Assembly: GCA_963825825.1 (NCBI GenBank)
Contig: CAWGUT010000004.1
Location: 9,715 to 73,714 of the forward strand
From: an uncultured Solirubrobacterales bacterium
Lineage (GTDB): Bacteria > Actinomycetota > Thermoleophilia > Solirubrobacterales > 70-9
DNA length: 64,000 bases
Direction: 5' to 3'
In this document: positions 31,481 to 41,683 of the stretch, one piece after another
Layout: every line of letters begins with the position of its first letter
Position numbering within the stretch: the stretch's first letter is position 1
Notes under the pieces: generated by a model
What the model was told of the DNA's origin: nothing
Seen by the model: the letters and a program-made list of their open reading frames with translations, nothing else
Databases searched by the model: none
Translations under genes and position numbers: made by a program

Positions 31481-32183
31481 TGGCCGAGGCACGGCTGCAC
31501 TACCAGGAGCAGCTCGCCGACGCTCGAGCAGAACTGCGCTCAGCGGCCTCGACCTCGTGATCGCCTCGCTCGACCGGACCATGGAGGCGGTCGAGCACCA
31601 GGACATCGGAGCTCGCCGAGCTGGTGATCGCCGACGACGACCGGATCGACGGCCGCTACCTCGAGGTCCATCAGGAGATCCTCACCCTGCTCGCCACCCA
31701 GGCGCCGGTCGCGACCGACCTGCGGCTGATCTCCGCGCTGCTCCACGTGATGCACTCGATCGAGCGGATGGGCGATCAGTGCGTGAACATCTCCAAGGTC
31801 ATCCCGCTCACCGGCCACGACGCGCCCCAGCACGAGGAGATGGTCGAGCGGATCCTGCTGATGGGCAAGCAGGCGCGCTCGATGCTCTCCCAGGCGAAGA
31901 AGGCGTTCGAGGGCCGCGACGTCGAGCTCGCCCGCGACCTGGTCCGCCAGGACGACCTGATCGACAACCTGAACAAGGAGTGCTTCCAGATCGCGGTCCA
32001 GGTGGGCGAGGACAGGACACGCGCGAGTGGGCGATGACGATGATGCTGGTCGCCCGGGCTCTGGAGCGGATCGGCGACAACGCCGTGGACATCGGCGAGC
32101 AGGTCGCCTTCGTGGTCACCGGTCTCTTCCGGGAGTTCGAGGACGCCTCGCATCCCGGGCAGGCGCCGCTCCCCTCGGCCTAG
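31480..32183 (+). pseudogene. phoU: phosphate signalling complex protein PhoU, multiply frame-disrupted
   Basis: ATG 31480 overlaps the pstB stop (TGATG). The core is in ORF 31624..32037 (IDGRYLEVHQEILTLLATQAPVATDLRLISALLHVMHSIERMGDQCVNI). The tail ARALERIGDNAVDIGEQVAFVVTG is in ORF 31557..32183. At least 3 switches. Confidence 0.85.
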
Positions 32184-32248
32184 ACGGACAGTGGGGCTGT
32201 GATTGTCAACCTGGCGGACGCCGGTTGAATGAGCGATGGCCCGACTCA

Positions 32249-32286
32249 TTGACAATCGTCTATTTAATCGATATACGTATATAGAT
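32249..32286 (+). promoter_or_regulatory. arsR promoter with palindromic operator; probable leaderless start
   Basis: TTGACA at 32249..32254, a 17-nt spacer, then TATACG at 32272..32277. The perfect palindrome ATATACGTATAT (32271..32282, within a 20-bp near-palindrome 32267..32286) overlaps the -10. The arsR ATG is at 32285. Confidence 0.5.
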
Positions 32287-32641
32287 GGCTGTCGATCTGA
32301 AGCTGGCCCCGAAGCAGAAGCGCCCGGCCGGGGAGCCCTGTTGCGAGCCGGTCGTCTATCCCGACATCGAGCGCGGTCACGCGGAGCGGATGGCCGAGGT
32401 CGCCAAGGCGCTTGGCGATCCGATTCGCATGCAGCTCGTGGACGTACTTCGCAAGCACGCGGGCAAGGTCTGCGTGTGTGAGCTGGTCCCGCTCTTCGAC
32501 CTCTCGCAGCCGACCATCTCTCACCACCTCAAGGTCCTCCGCGAGGCCGGCATCGTCGGATCTGAGCGACGCGGCCTCTGGGCCTACTACTACGTCAATC
32601 CCGACTCACTGGAGGAGCTGAGCACATGGCTGAGCAACTGA
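32285..32641 (+). CDS. arsR: ArsR/SmtB family metalloregulator
   Basis: Uninterrupted 118-aa ORF with CVCELVPLFDLSQPTISHHLKVLREAGIV, which holds the CVC As(III) site and the HTH. Confidence 0.85.
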   Translation: MAVDLKLAPKQKRPAGEPCCEPVVYPDIERGHAERMAEVAKALGDPIRMQLVDVLRKHAGKVCVCELVPLFDLSQPTISHHLKVLREAGIVGSERRGLWAYYYVNPDSLEELSTWLSN

Positions 32642-33336
32642 GAAGCAACGACGAGGTCCGCGAGGCGGTGCGCGAGCGCTACGCCCAGGCTGCGCTGACG
32701 GCCGCCGAGCAGTCGGGTCCCGGCTGTTGCACGACGGCGGAGGCCGAGTGCGGCTGCGGCCCGAGCTCCTCGGCGCTCGGATGCGGCAATCCGACGGCCG
32801 TCGCCGACCTGCACGAGGGAGAGGTCGTCCTCGACCTCGGCTCGGGCGGCGGCGAGGACGTCTTCATCTCCGCGAGCCGGGTCGGCCCGACGGGCAGGGT
32901 CTACGGCGTCGACATGACCGACGAGATGCTCCAGCTCGCGCGGGCTAACCAACGCGAGGCCGGCGTCGAGAACGTCGAGTTCCTGAAGGGGACGATCGAG
33001 GATGTGCCGCTGCCCGACGCTTCCGTCGACGTGGTCATCTCCAACTGCGTCATCAATCTCTCCGCCGACAAGTCCGCTGTCTTCGAGGAGGCCGCTCGCG
33101 TGCTGCCGTCCGGCGGGCGATTCGCCGTGACGGACATCGTGGCCGACGACGGCATGGACGAGGAGACGCGGCGTGACATGGCCCGCTGGACGGGCTGCAT
33201 CGCCGGGGCGCTCACCGAGGACGAGTTCCGGAGCGAGCTTGAGGCGGCGGGATTCGAAGGGATCGAGATTCGCGAGACCCACCGGGTCCACGACCAGGCC
33301 GGCTCGGCGATCATCCGGGCCAGAGTCCCGGCGTGA
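32626..33336 (+). CDS. arsM: arsenite S-adenosylmethionine methyltransferase
   Basis: Uninterrupted 236-aa ORF that overlaps arsR by 16 nt. It has a Cys-rich N-terminus (GPGCC, ECGCG, LGCGNP), the SAM motif [15 protein letters not shown] and TGCIAGA. Confidence 0.85.
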   Translation: MAEQLRSNDEVREAVRERYAQAALTAAEQSGPGCCTTAEAECGCGPSSSALGCGNPTAVADLHEGEVVLDLGSGGGEDVFISASRVGPTGRVYGVDMTDEMLQLARANQREAGVENVEFLKGTIEDVPLPDASVDVVISNCVINLSADKSAVFEEAARVLPSGGRFAVTDIVADDGMDEETRRDMARWTGCIAGALTEDEFRSELEAAGFEGIEIRETHRVHDQAGSAIIRARVPA

Positions 33337-34166
33337 GTGCGGCCGAGAGGGTCACTCTCAAGGACCCGGAGCATCTCTACCTCGACTGGGAGCACGCTCA
33401 CTGGGCCTCCCAGGACATCGACCTGAGCCGTGACCCCGCGGCCTGGGCCGAACTCGAGGATGGCGAGCGCGACCTCCTCTACTTCGCCCTCAGCTCCCTG
33501 ATGGTCGCGGAGGAGCGGATCTCGACGCAGTTCTGCGGCCTGGTCCTCGCCCAGGACGACGAGGAGGAGGGCAGCTACCTCTCCAGCCAGCTCATCGATG
33601 AGGTGCGCCACATGCAGTTCTACGCCCGCTTCCAGAACGAGGTGATCGCCGATCCCGCTGCCATCGCCGCCCATGTCGCGCGTGCCCGGGAGGTGCTCGG
33701 CGACGCCTTCGAGCAGGTCTTCGACCAGGCGCTGGTGCAGGCCCATGACCGGCTCCGGCTCGATCCCAGCGACCGCGAGGCCAAGGTCCGCTTCGTGACG
33801 ATCTACCACATGGTGATCGAGGGGACGCTGGGGCTGACCGCCTCGCATTTCATCCTCGACTATCTGCGGGAACGGGACCTGCTGCCCGGCTTCACCGAGG
33901 GCTACGGCCGGATCGCATCCGATGAGCAGCGCCACCTCGCCTACGGGACGTGGTTCCTGCGGGAGGCGGTCGCCGCCGATCCCGCGATGGCCGACGTGAT
34001 CCGCGATCAGATCCGCGAGCTGCTCCCCGCCGTCGCGGAATCGATCTCGCCGCCGAGCGAAGGCGCCTGGGACGTGCTCGGCGTCGAGGAGGGCGCGCTC
34101 GCCGAGTTCGCGGCCGGCGCGCTCAACCGCAGGCTCGCGCTGATCGGCGCACCGCTCGCCGGATAG
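33333..34166 (+). CDS. ribonucleotide-reductase-beta-like (R2-like) ferritin-fold di-iron protein
   Basis: Uninterrupted 277-aa ORF whose GTG 33333 overlaps the arsM stop (GTGA). Ligand motifs are [17 protein letters not shown] and SDEQRH. No other nrd genes are present in the window. Confidence 0.7.
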   Translation: MSAAERVTLKDPEHLYLDWEHAHWASQDIDLSRDPAAWAELEDGERDLLYFALSSLMVAEERISTQFCGLVLAQDDEEEGSYLSSQLIDEVRHMQFYARFQNEVIADPAAIAAHVARAREVLGDAFEQVFDQALVQAHDRLRLDPSDREAKVRFVTIYHMVIEGTLGLTASHFILDYLRERDLLPGFTEGYGRIASDEQRHLAYGTWFLREAVAADPAMADVIRDQIRELLPAVAESISPPSEGAWDVLGVEEGALAEFAAGALNRRLALIGAPLAG

Positions 34167-34169
34167 CCA

Positions 34170-34197
34170 CCGGGCCAGCGCTCGGCCGCTGGTCCGG
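34170..34197 (+). terminator. hairpin downstream of the R2-like gene
   Basis: CCGGGCCAGCG (34170..34180), a 6-nt loop, then CGCTGGTCCGG (34187..34197). Pairing is 10 of 11 and there is no U tract. Confidence 0.35.
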
Positions 34198-34220
34198 CTG
34201 CCCTGAGAGAATCCGGGGCG

Positions 34221-35126
34221 ATGCTCTGTGGGGCGATCGATATCGGCTCGAACACCACGCGGCTGCTCGTCGCCGAGCCGGAGGAGGGACAGCTCCGCAA
34301 GGTGATGGAGCAGCGCGCCTACACGCGGATCGGCAAGGGGGCGTCGAAGAAGGGCAAGATCACCGCCGAGAAGATCGCCGAGGTCGCCGACGTCGTCAAT
34401 ACGCAGGTGCGGCTGGCGCAGGAGATGGGTGCCGAGGTGACCAAGGTCGTCGCGACCGCCGCGATCCGCGAGGCCAAGAACCGAGACAAGGTCGTCAAGG
34501 AGATCGAGGAGATCGCCGGGGTGGAGGTGGACGTGCTCGACGAGGAGGAGGAGGGCCGCTTCGCCTTCATCGGCGCCACGAAATCGCTCGGCCACCCGGT
34601 CGACGGCACTGTCGCCGTCGTCGATGTCGGGGGTGGGTCCTCGGAGGTGATCTACGGCACCGTGCCGGACGGCGTCACCGAGGTGAAGTCCTTCAAGATC
34701 GGCTCGGGGTCCCTCGCCGAGGACCACCTGGAGAGCGACCCGCCGTCGGCCGCCGAGATTCGCGGGTTACGCGATCACATCTCGGACTTCTTCGAAGACG
34801 TCGAGCTCGAGGTTCCCGACCAGGCCGTCGCGGTGGGCGGCAGCGCCACCTCGCTGCGCACCCTGGTGGGCGCGGTGCTCGAGTACGAGACCCTCGAGCG
34901 GGCCGTGCGAGTGCTCTCGAGCGACGAGATCTATGAGGTCGCCAAGCGGTTCGAGCTCGACTCCCGCCGGGTCAAGCTGCTGCCCGCGGGCGTCCTGCTG
35001 CTCGAGAAGTTCTCCGAGATGCTCGGTCAGCCGCTGCAGATCGGCAAGGGCGGCCTCCGCGAGGGGATCATCCTCACCCTGCTGAACGGCAACCAGAACG
35101 GGTCGGAGCAGAAGCTGGCGGCCTGA
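34221..35126 (+). CDS. ppx: Ppx/GppA family exopolyphosphatase
   Basis: Uninterrupted 301-aa ORF with [25 protein letters not shown] and GSATSLR (ASKHA fold motifs). Confidence 0.85.
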   Translation: MLCGAIDIGSNTTRLLVAEPEEGQLRKVMEQRAYTRIGKGASKKGKITAEKIAEVADVVNTQVRLAQEMGAEVTKVVATAAIREAKNRDKVVKEIEEIAGVEVDVLDEEEEGRFAFIGATKSLGHPVDGTVAVVDVGGGSSEVIYGTVPDGVTEVKSFKIGSGSLAEDHLESDPPSAAEIRGLRDHISDFFEDVELEVPDQAVAVGGSATSLRTLVGAVLEYETLERAVRVLSSDEIYEVAKRFELDSRRVKLLPAGVLLLEKFSEMLGQPLQIGKGGLREGIILTLLNGNQNGSEQKLAA

Positions 35127-35176
35127 ATTCTTGGCTTGGCCCGCGGGCGCGACCGCGGTAGCGTGTTCAGCGTCCC

Positions 35177-36387
35177 GTGGCCAAGGCAAAGGCGATCCCC
35201 GACCTGAGTGCCGAGCAGCTCCTACGCGGAGGCTGCCGCGAGGATCGTCTCGGTCCGCGCCGCGGAGCTCACCGAGCACGCCCAGGGAGTCCTGGACACC
35301 GGCGACATCGAGCGAGTCCACGACATGCGGGTGGCGACCCGGCGGCTGCGGGCGGCGCTCGAGATCTTCGAGCCCTGCTTCCCGGCCAAGGCCTACGGCG
35401 AGGCGCTGGGCGAGGTGAAGCGCCTCGCGGACGCGCTCGGGGAGCGCCGCGACCGGGACGTCGCGATCGCGGCCCTCCGCAACTTCAACGACCAGATGCC
35501 GGCGCCCGACCGCCGCGGGGTCGCCTCGCTGATCGAGCAGCTGCGGGACGAGCAGGAGGAGGCGAACCGGGAGCTCGCGCCACTGGTCGGAGGGGCCGCA
35601 CCTGACGGCCCTGCGGGAGAGCCTCGACGAGCTCGTCGACGGCGCCAGGGGCGTGACGGCATGAAGGCCGCGCCCGGTCAAGAAGCTCGATCCGGACGCG
35701 CTCGCTCGGCGAGAACGCGGCCCGGATCGTCCAGGTGAGGCTGGACGAGATGACTGGCCTTCGCGCCGCGGGCGCTCGACGGCAAGACCAAGGCCCAGCA
35801 CGACATGCGGATCGCCGCCAAGCGGCTGCGCTACGTGCTCGAGGTGACCGGGTTCGTCTTCGGCAAGCCGGCCGACACGGCGCGCCGCCGCGCCCGCGAC
35901 CTGCAGGACATCCTCGGCGAGATCCACGACTGCGACGTGATGCTGCCGCGGGTGCGCGAGCACCTCGAGCGGCTGCAGCAGCGCGACGCCGCCAGCGGTC
36001 AGGGCGAGCGCCGGGCGGGCTCCCGATCTCGATCCGAGGCTGGCGGCCCGGGCGCCGCATCGAACCGCCTACCGCGGGCTCGACGTGCTGGCGGTCTACC
36101 TCGAGGCCCGCCGGGAGCTGCTGCAGGACCGCTTCGCCGACTTCTGGAGGCGCCAGGAGCAGACCGGCACCTGGGTGCGGCTGGAGCGGGCCGTCGACGG
36201 CCACCTGCGCCGCGCCCGCGAGGCGCGGCGCACCGCGAAGGCCGCGGAGCGCGCACGACAGCGGGCGGAGGCGGCCGAGCGGGCCGCGCGACAGGCCGAG
36301 GCGCAGGCCGAGCGGGCCCGGCTCGACCGGGAGCGGGCGGGGGAGGAGCGTTCACGACCTCTTCACGCGCCGGACACAGGCGCGTAA
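35177..36387 (+). pseudogene. CHAD domain-containing protein, multiply frame-disrupted
   Basis: CHAD repeats are HDMRVATRRLRAALEIF (ORF 35208..35738) and HDMRIAAKRLRYVLEV (ORF 35805..36545). The start VAKAKAIPDLSAEQ is at 35177. An Ala/Arg/Glu-rich C-terminal helix is in ORF 36085..36387. At least 4 switches. Confidence 0.8.
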
Positions 36388-36447
36388 CCGGAATTCCCCT
36401 GCATACGGGCACCCTGGTTCCGAGAAAACGAACGGAACGGGGGTCAG

Positions 36448-38777
36448 ATGAACCCACTATCTACCAGCCGGGTAGATCTGCATTGCCACTCGACCGCCTC
36501 GGAGGTCTCGAAGCTCGGGGTCCAGCGCAGCCTCGGACTACCTGAGTGCGCGACTCCGCCGGAGGAGGTCTACGAGCTCGCCAAGCGGCGGGGCATGGAC
36601 TTCGTCACGATCACCGACCACGACACGATCGACGGCTGCCTGGAGATCGACGATCGCGCCGACGTCTTCATCTCCGAGGAGCTCACGGCCTGGTTCGCCG
36701 GCGAGCCGCAGGCGGTTCACATCCTCTGCTACGGGATCACGCCCGGACGATCACGAGTCCGGCTCCAGGACACGCCGGCGATGTCGAGGCGTGCGCCGAA
36801 TACCTGCACGACAACGGGATCGCCTGCGCGCTGGCGCATCCCTTCTACGCGGTCGAGGCGCCGCTGACGCCGGCGCACCGGCGGCGGCTCGCGCAGCTGT
36901 TCCCGGTCTGGGAGATCCGCAACGGCTCCCGCGCGCGCGAGCTCAACATGCCGGCCGCGATCTACATCGAGACCCACGGTGGAACCGGCATCGGCGGCTC
37001 CGACGACCACGCCGGCGTGGACATCGGGCGGACGTTCACCGAGACGCCCGCCGCCGCCACGCCGGAAGAGTTTCTCGCGCCACATCCGCGGAGGGCGACG
37101 CTGAGGCCGGCGGCGAACAGGGCAGCGCCGCCAAGTGGGCGCACGCGGCGATGGCGCTCGCCACGCGGGCGCTGCTGCTCGGTGACGCCGATTCCAGCCG
37201 GCGACCTCAGGTCCGCCCCCGACCCGGACGCCGTGCTCAAGATCGCCGAGCGGGTGATGAGCGAGGGGGACGCGAGGCGCGGCGAGGTCGGCGGCCGATC
37301 TCGGCCCCGAGGACGCGCGCGCCCTGCTCGACGCCTTGGCTCGCTCGGTCGGGCTCGAGCCCGGGCCGTGCGCTGATCGAGCACATGCAGGCCGAGGAAT
37401 TCACCCACGCCGAGCTCGACCGACGCGCCCGGCGCGTCCACGAGCGGCGGCTGCGGCTGGCGGTCGACGAGGCCGTCGAGTGCCTCGCGAGCGGCGGCGA
37501 GCCGGCTGAGCTCGGCGCCGCGCGGTCGACGCCGGTCGGGCTCTTCGAGGCCTGCGATCCCGGCCGTTCCCTACGCGCCCGCGGCCGCCTTCCTCGGGCG
37601 CCGAGAAGGCGAAGCTCGTCCACCGGCGAGGGCGCCGAAGCGGGTCGCCCTGATCGCCGACGGGATCGGAGTCGATGCACGGCGTCACCCACACGATCGA
37701 GCGAGATCCGCGAGCTCGGCGTGCCCGGCTTCGAGGTCGAGGTGGTCGGAACCGACCCGGCGTCGACCGCCGCCTGCCGGCGGCCGCCGAGCTCGAGGTC
37801 CCCTTCTACGCGGGGCTGGAGCTCGGCGTCCCCGGTCTGCCGGACCTGGTCGAGATCCTCGCCGAGGGGCTACGACCTCGTCCACGTCACCGCGCCGGGC
37901 CCGGCCGGGCGTCGTCGCGACCCTGGTCGCGCCGCATCATGGACCTGCCGCTGCTCGGCAGCTACCACACCGAGCTCGGCGCCTACGCCGGCCTGCGCAG
38001 CGGCGACGCCGCGGCTCGAGGCCGATCGACCTGCGCGGCTCTCGCCGCCTTCTACCGCCACGTGCGCGGCGTCCTCTCGCCGAGCCCGGCGGCCGACGAG
38101 TCGCTGGTCGCGCCTCGGCATCGACCGGCGCGGATCGGGCGCTGGGAGCGCGGCGTCGACACCTCCCGCTTCGACCCGGCAAGGCGCGACCGCGACGCCT
38201 ATCCCGGGCGAGATCAAGGTCCTCTACGCGGGCCGGCTGACCACGCGAGAAGGGCGTCGACCTGCTCGCCGAGACCTTCCTGCGCGCCCACGCGCCGACC
38301 CGCGGCTGCACCTGCTGCTCGCCGGCGGCGGCCGGAGGAGGAGCGAGCTGCGGGAGCGGCTCGGCGAGCGCGCGACCTTCCTCGGCTGGCTCGAGGGCGA
38401 GGAGCTGGCCCGCGCCTACGCGAGCGCCGACATCTTCCTCTTCTGCAGCCGGACCGACACCTTCGGCCAGGTGATCGTCGAGGCGGGGGCCAGCGGCCTG
38501 CCCGTGGTCGCGGTCGCCGAGGGCGGGCCCGCCTCGATCGTGGTCGACGGCGCCAGACCGGCCTGCTCTGTCGAGCCCGATGCCGACCACCTGGCCGCGC
38601 GATGCTGCAGCTCGCCGCCTCGCCGGCGCTGCGCGGGCCAAGCTCGGCGCCAGGCGCCGTCGAGGCCGCCCGCGCCCGCACCTGGGAGGCGTCGATGGAT
38701 GCAGCTCGCCGACGGGCTACGACCGGGTCACCGAGCCCGCCGAAGAGCCCCGCATCAAGCTGGTCAGAGCGGCTTAA
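36448..38777 (+). pseudogene. PHP-domain phosphoesterase apparently fused to a GT4 glycosyltransferase, heavily frame-disrupted
   Basis: PHP motifs are [10 protein letters not shown] and FVTITDHDT (ORF 36448..36867) and GGSDDHAG (ORF 36546..37376). The linker [32 protein letters not shown] is in ORF 36791..39520. The GT4 part reads [37 protein letters not shown] and [43 protein letters not shown]. The gene ends ...RIKLVRAA at TAA 38775..38777. I see no stop/start boundary between the halves. At least 10 switches. Confidence 0.65.
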
Positions 38778-38800
38778 GCGCCCCCGCTAAGGTCTGGGGA

Positions 38801-41011
38801 GTGACCGACGAGCTCGCCCAGCAGACGACGGAATCGAGCGGGCCGGCTGCGGAGCGGTGGAGCGACGGTCACGCCCGAGGCGGTTCGGACGAGCGCCTCG
38901 GAGCCGGATCTCACGGATCCCTCGCTCTACTTCAACCGCGAGCTCTCCTGGCTCGACTTCAACGAGCGGGTGCTCAGCTGGCCGAGGACCCGCGAGTGCC
39001 GCTGCTCGAGCGGGTCAGCTTCTGCGCGATCTACGAGGACAACCTCGACGAGTTCTTCATGGTCCGGGTCGCCGGCCTGCACGACCAGGTCGACGCCGAA
39101 GATCGACGCGCGCGGCGCCGACGGGATGGCGCCCGCGCGAGGAGATCGACGCGATCCGGCAGCGGACGATCGAGCTGCGCGAGCGCCTGCACCGCTGCTT
39201 CGAGGACGAGATCCGCCCGGCGCTCGCCGAGCACGGGATCCGCATCGTCTCCCTCGACGACGGCGAACGCGAAGGAGCGCGAGGAGATCGAGCGCCTGCT
39301 TCACGAGCCAGGTCTTCCCGGCGCTGACGCCGCTGGTGATCGGCCGCGGCCGGCCCTTCCCCTACATCTCGAACCTCTCGCTCAGCCTCGGCGTCCTGCT
39401 CCGCGACCCCGAGAAGGGCGAGCGAGGTCATCGCCCGGGTCAAGGTGCCGAAGGAGCTGCTCGGCCGCTTCCTGCCGATCGGCGACGGCGGCACGACCTT
39501 CGTGCCGCTGGAGGAGGTGATCGCCGCCAACCTCGACGACCTCTTCCCGGGCATGGAGATCGTCGACCACTCGCTCTTCCGGGTCACCCGCGACACCGAC
39601 TACGACGTCTCCGACGAGGCCGACGACCTGCTGCAGGCGGTCCAGGACGAGGTCCGCCGCCGCCGCTTCGGCGAGGTCGTGCGGCTCGAGGTCGCCGCCG
39701 GGATGAACCCGAAGCTGCGCGACCAGCTGGTCGAGGCGCTGCAGCATCGAGGACCGCGAGGTCTACGAGGTCGACGGGCTGATCGGCCTCGACGACCTCA
39801 CGCGACATCGCCGACGTCCCGGGCTTCCGCGAGCTGCGCTACCGCCCTGGCAGGCCGGTCACCCAGCCGCAGCTCCAGCAGGGCGAGGACGACGAGCCGA
39901 GGTCGACGTCTTCGCCGCGATCCGCCAGGGCGACATCCTCGTCCACCACCCCTACGACTCCTTCGCCAGCTCGGTCGAGCGCTTCGTCGCGCAGGCGGTC
40001 GAGGACCCCGAACGTGCTGGCGATCAAGCAGACGGTCTACCGGACCAGCGACGACTCGCCGCTGGTGCCGGCGCTGATCGAGCGCCTCGGAGCGCGGCAA
40101 GCAGGCGGTCTGCATGGTGGAGCTCAAGGCGCGCTTCGACGAGAGCGCCAACATCCACTGGGCGAAGGCGCTGGAGGAGGCGGGCGTCCACGTCGTCTAC
40201 GGCATCCCCGGCCTGAAGACCCACGTCAAGTGCGATCCTGGTCGCCCGCCGCGAGGGCGACGGGGTCCGCAACTACGTCCACATCGGGACCGGCAACTAC
40301 AACCCGAAGACCGCCGGCATCTACACCGACTTCGGCCTCTTCACCGCCGACCCCGAGATCGGCGCCGACATCGCCGAGATGTTCAACTTCCTGACCGGCT
40401 ACGCGCCGCCCGAGCGGGTACCGCAAGGTGCTGGTCGCGCCGTCAACCTGCAAGGACGGGATCGTCGAGCGAGATCGAGCGGACGATCGAGGCCCACCGC
40501 GCCGGCGAGCCCGGCGCGGATCGCGCATGAAGATGAACTCGCTGGTCGACGCGCCGCTGCATCCAGGCGCTCTATCGGGCCTCGCAGGCGGGGGTCGAGG
40601 TCGACCTCAACGTGCGCGGGCATCTGCTGCCTGCGGCCCGGGGTGCCCGGGGTCTCGGAGAACATCCGGGTCGTCTCGATCGTCGGCCGCTTCCTCGAGC
40701 ACTCGCGGATCTACTCCTTCGAGCGCGGCGAGGAGACCCGGGTCTTCATCGGCTCCGCCGACCTGATGCCGCGCAACCTCTACAACCGGGTCGAGCTGGT
40801 CACGCCGGTCGAGGACGCGGCCAACTGCGGGCCGAGCTCTCGACGTGCTCGACCGCTGCTTCGCCGACAACACCAACGCCTGGGAGCTCGGCAGCCGACG
40901 GCGTCTGGACCCGGCTGCACCGCCGAACGGCGACCCGCCGCGCAACGTCCAGGCGGAGCTGCTCGAGCGCCACGCGCGAGCGCGCCGAGGAGGTCGCCGG
41001 CCACCGTCTGA
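38801..41011 (+). pseudogene. ppk1: polyphosphate kinase 1, heavily frame-disrupted
   Basis: Starts at GTG 38801. Motifs [99 protein letters not shown] and GSADLMPRNLYNRVELVTPV are spread over all three frames (ORFs 36791..39520, 38970..39782, 39445..40077, 40114..40530, 40379..41011). More than 10 switches. The 3' end is uncertain (41011-41045). Confidence 0.9.
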
Positions 41012-41056
41012 GCGCGGCTCGCCGGCCTCTCGGGCGCCTGCTAGGTTGGCGCCGCC

Positions 41057-41683
41057 GTGGCCCGGTTCTCACTCGTTCCCAAGGACCGCGTCTTCTTCGA
41101 CCTCTTCGCCGAGGCGGGCCAGAACACGCTGCGCGACCGCGAAGCTGCTCGCGCGACATGCTCCAGCGCTGGCCCGACGACGGCGGCCTCGTCGCGCGAC
41201 ATCCTCAAGGCCGAGCAGGAGGGCGACCGGATCACCCACGACATCATCCAGCGGCTCAACACGACCTTCGTCACGCCGATCGACCGCGAGGACATCTACG
41301 GCCTCGCCACCCAGATGGACGACATCGTCGACTACATCGAGGAGGCCGCGGACTTCATGGGCCTCTACCAGATCGAGGCGCCGATGGACCAGGCGCAGGC
41401 GCTGACCGAGGTCCTGGTCAAGTCGCTGCGAGCAGCTCTACGGGCTGCTTCAGCACCTGCGCGGCTTCAAGGACCTCGACCACTACTGGATCGAGATCCA
41501 CCGCCTCGAGAACGACGGCGACCGGATCTACCGCGACGCGGTGGCCTCGCTGTTCTCCGAACGGGATCGACCCGATGGTCGTGATCCGCTGGCGGGACAT
41601 GTTCCTGAGGCTCGAGCGCGCGATCGACGCGACCGAGACCGTCCGCCTCGATCCTCGAGGGCATCGTCATCAAGAACGCGTGA
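41057..41683 (+). pseudogene. DUF47 (PhoU-like) Pit accessory protein, frame-disrupted
   Basis: MARFSLVPKDRVFFDLFAEAGQNTL and ILKAEQEGDRITHDIIQRLNTTFVTPIDREDIYGLATQMDDIVDYIEEAADF are in ORF 41057..41584. The tail HYWIEIHRLENDGDRIYRDAV...ILEGIVIKNA ends at TGA 41681..41683. About 3-4 switches. Confidence 0.8.

Noticed and set aside
36791-39520. A 909-aa ORF, and the 642-aa ORF 50546..52474, read as single large proteins.
   Set aside because: Each is a chance fusion of out-of-frame and in-frame segments of several adjacent genes (PHP::GT4 plus ppk1; TadE2, a hypothetical gene and the TadG fusion). Only short islands of each translation are protein-like.
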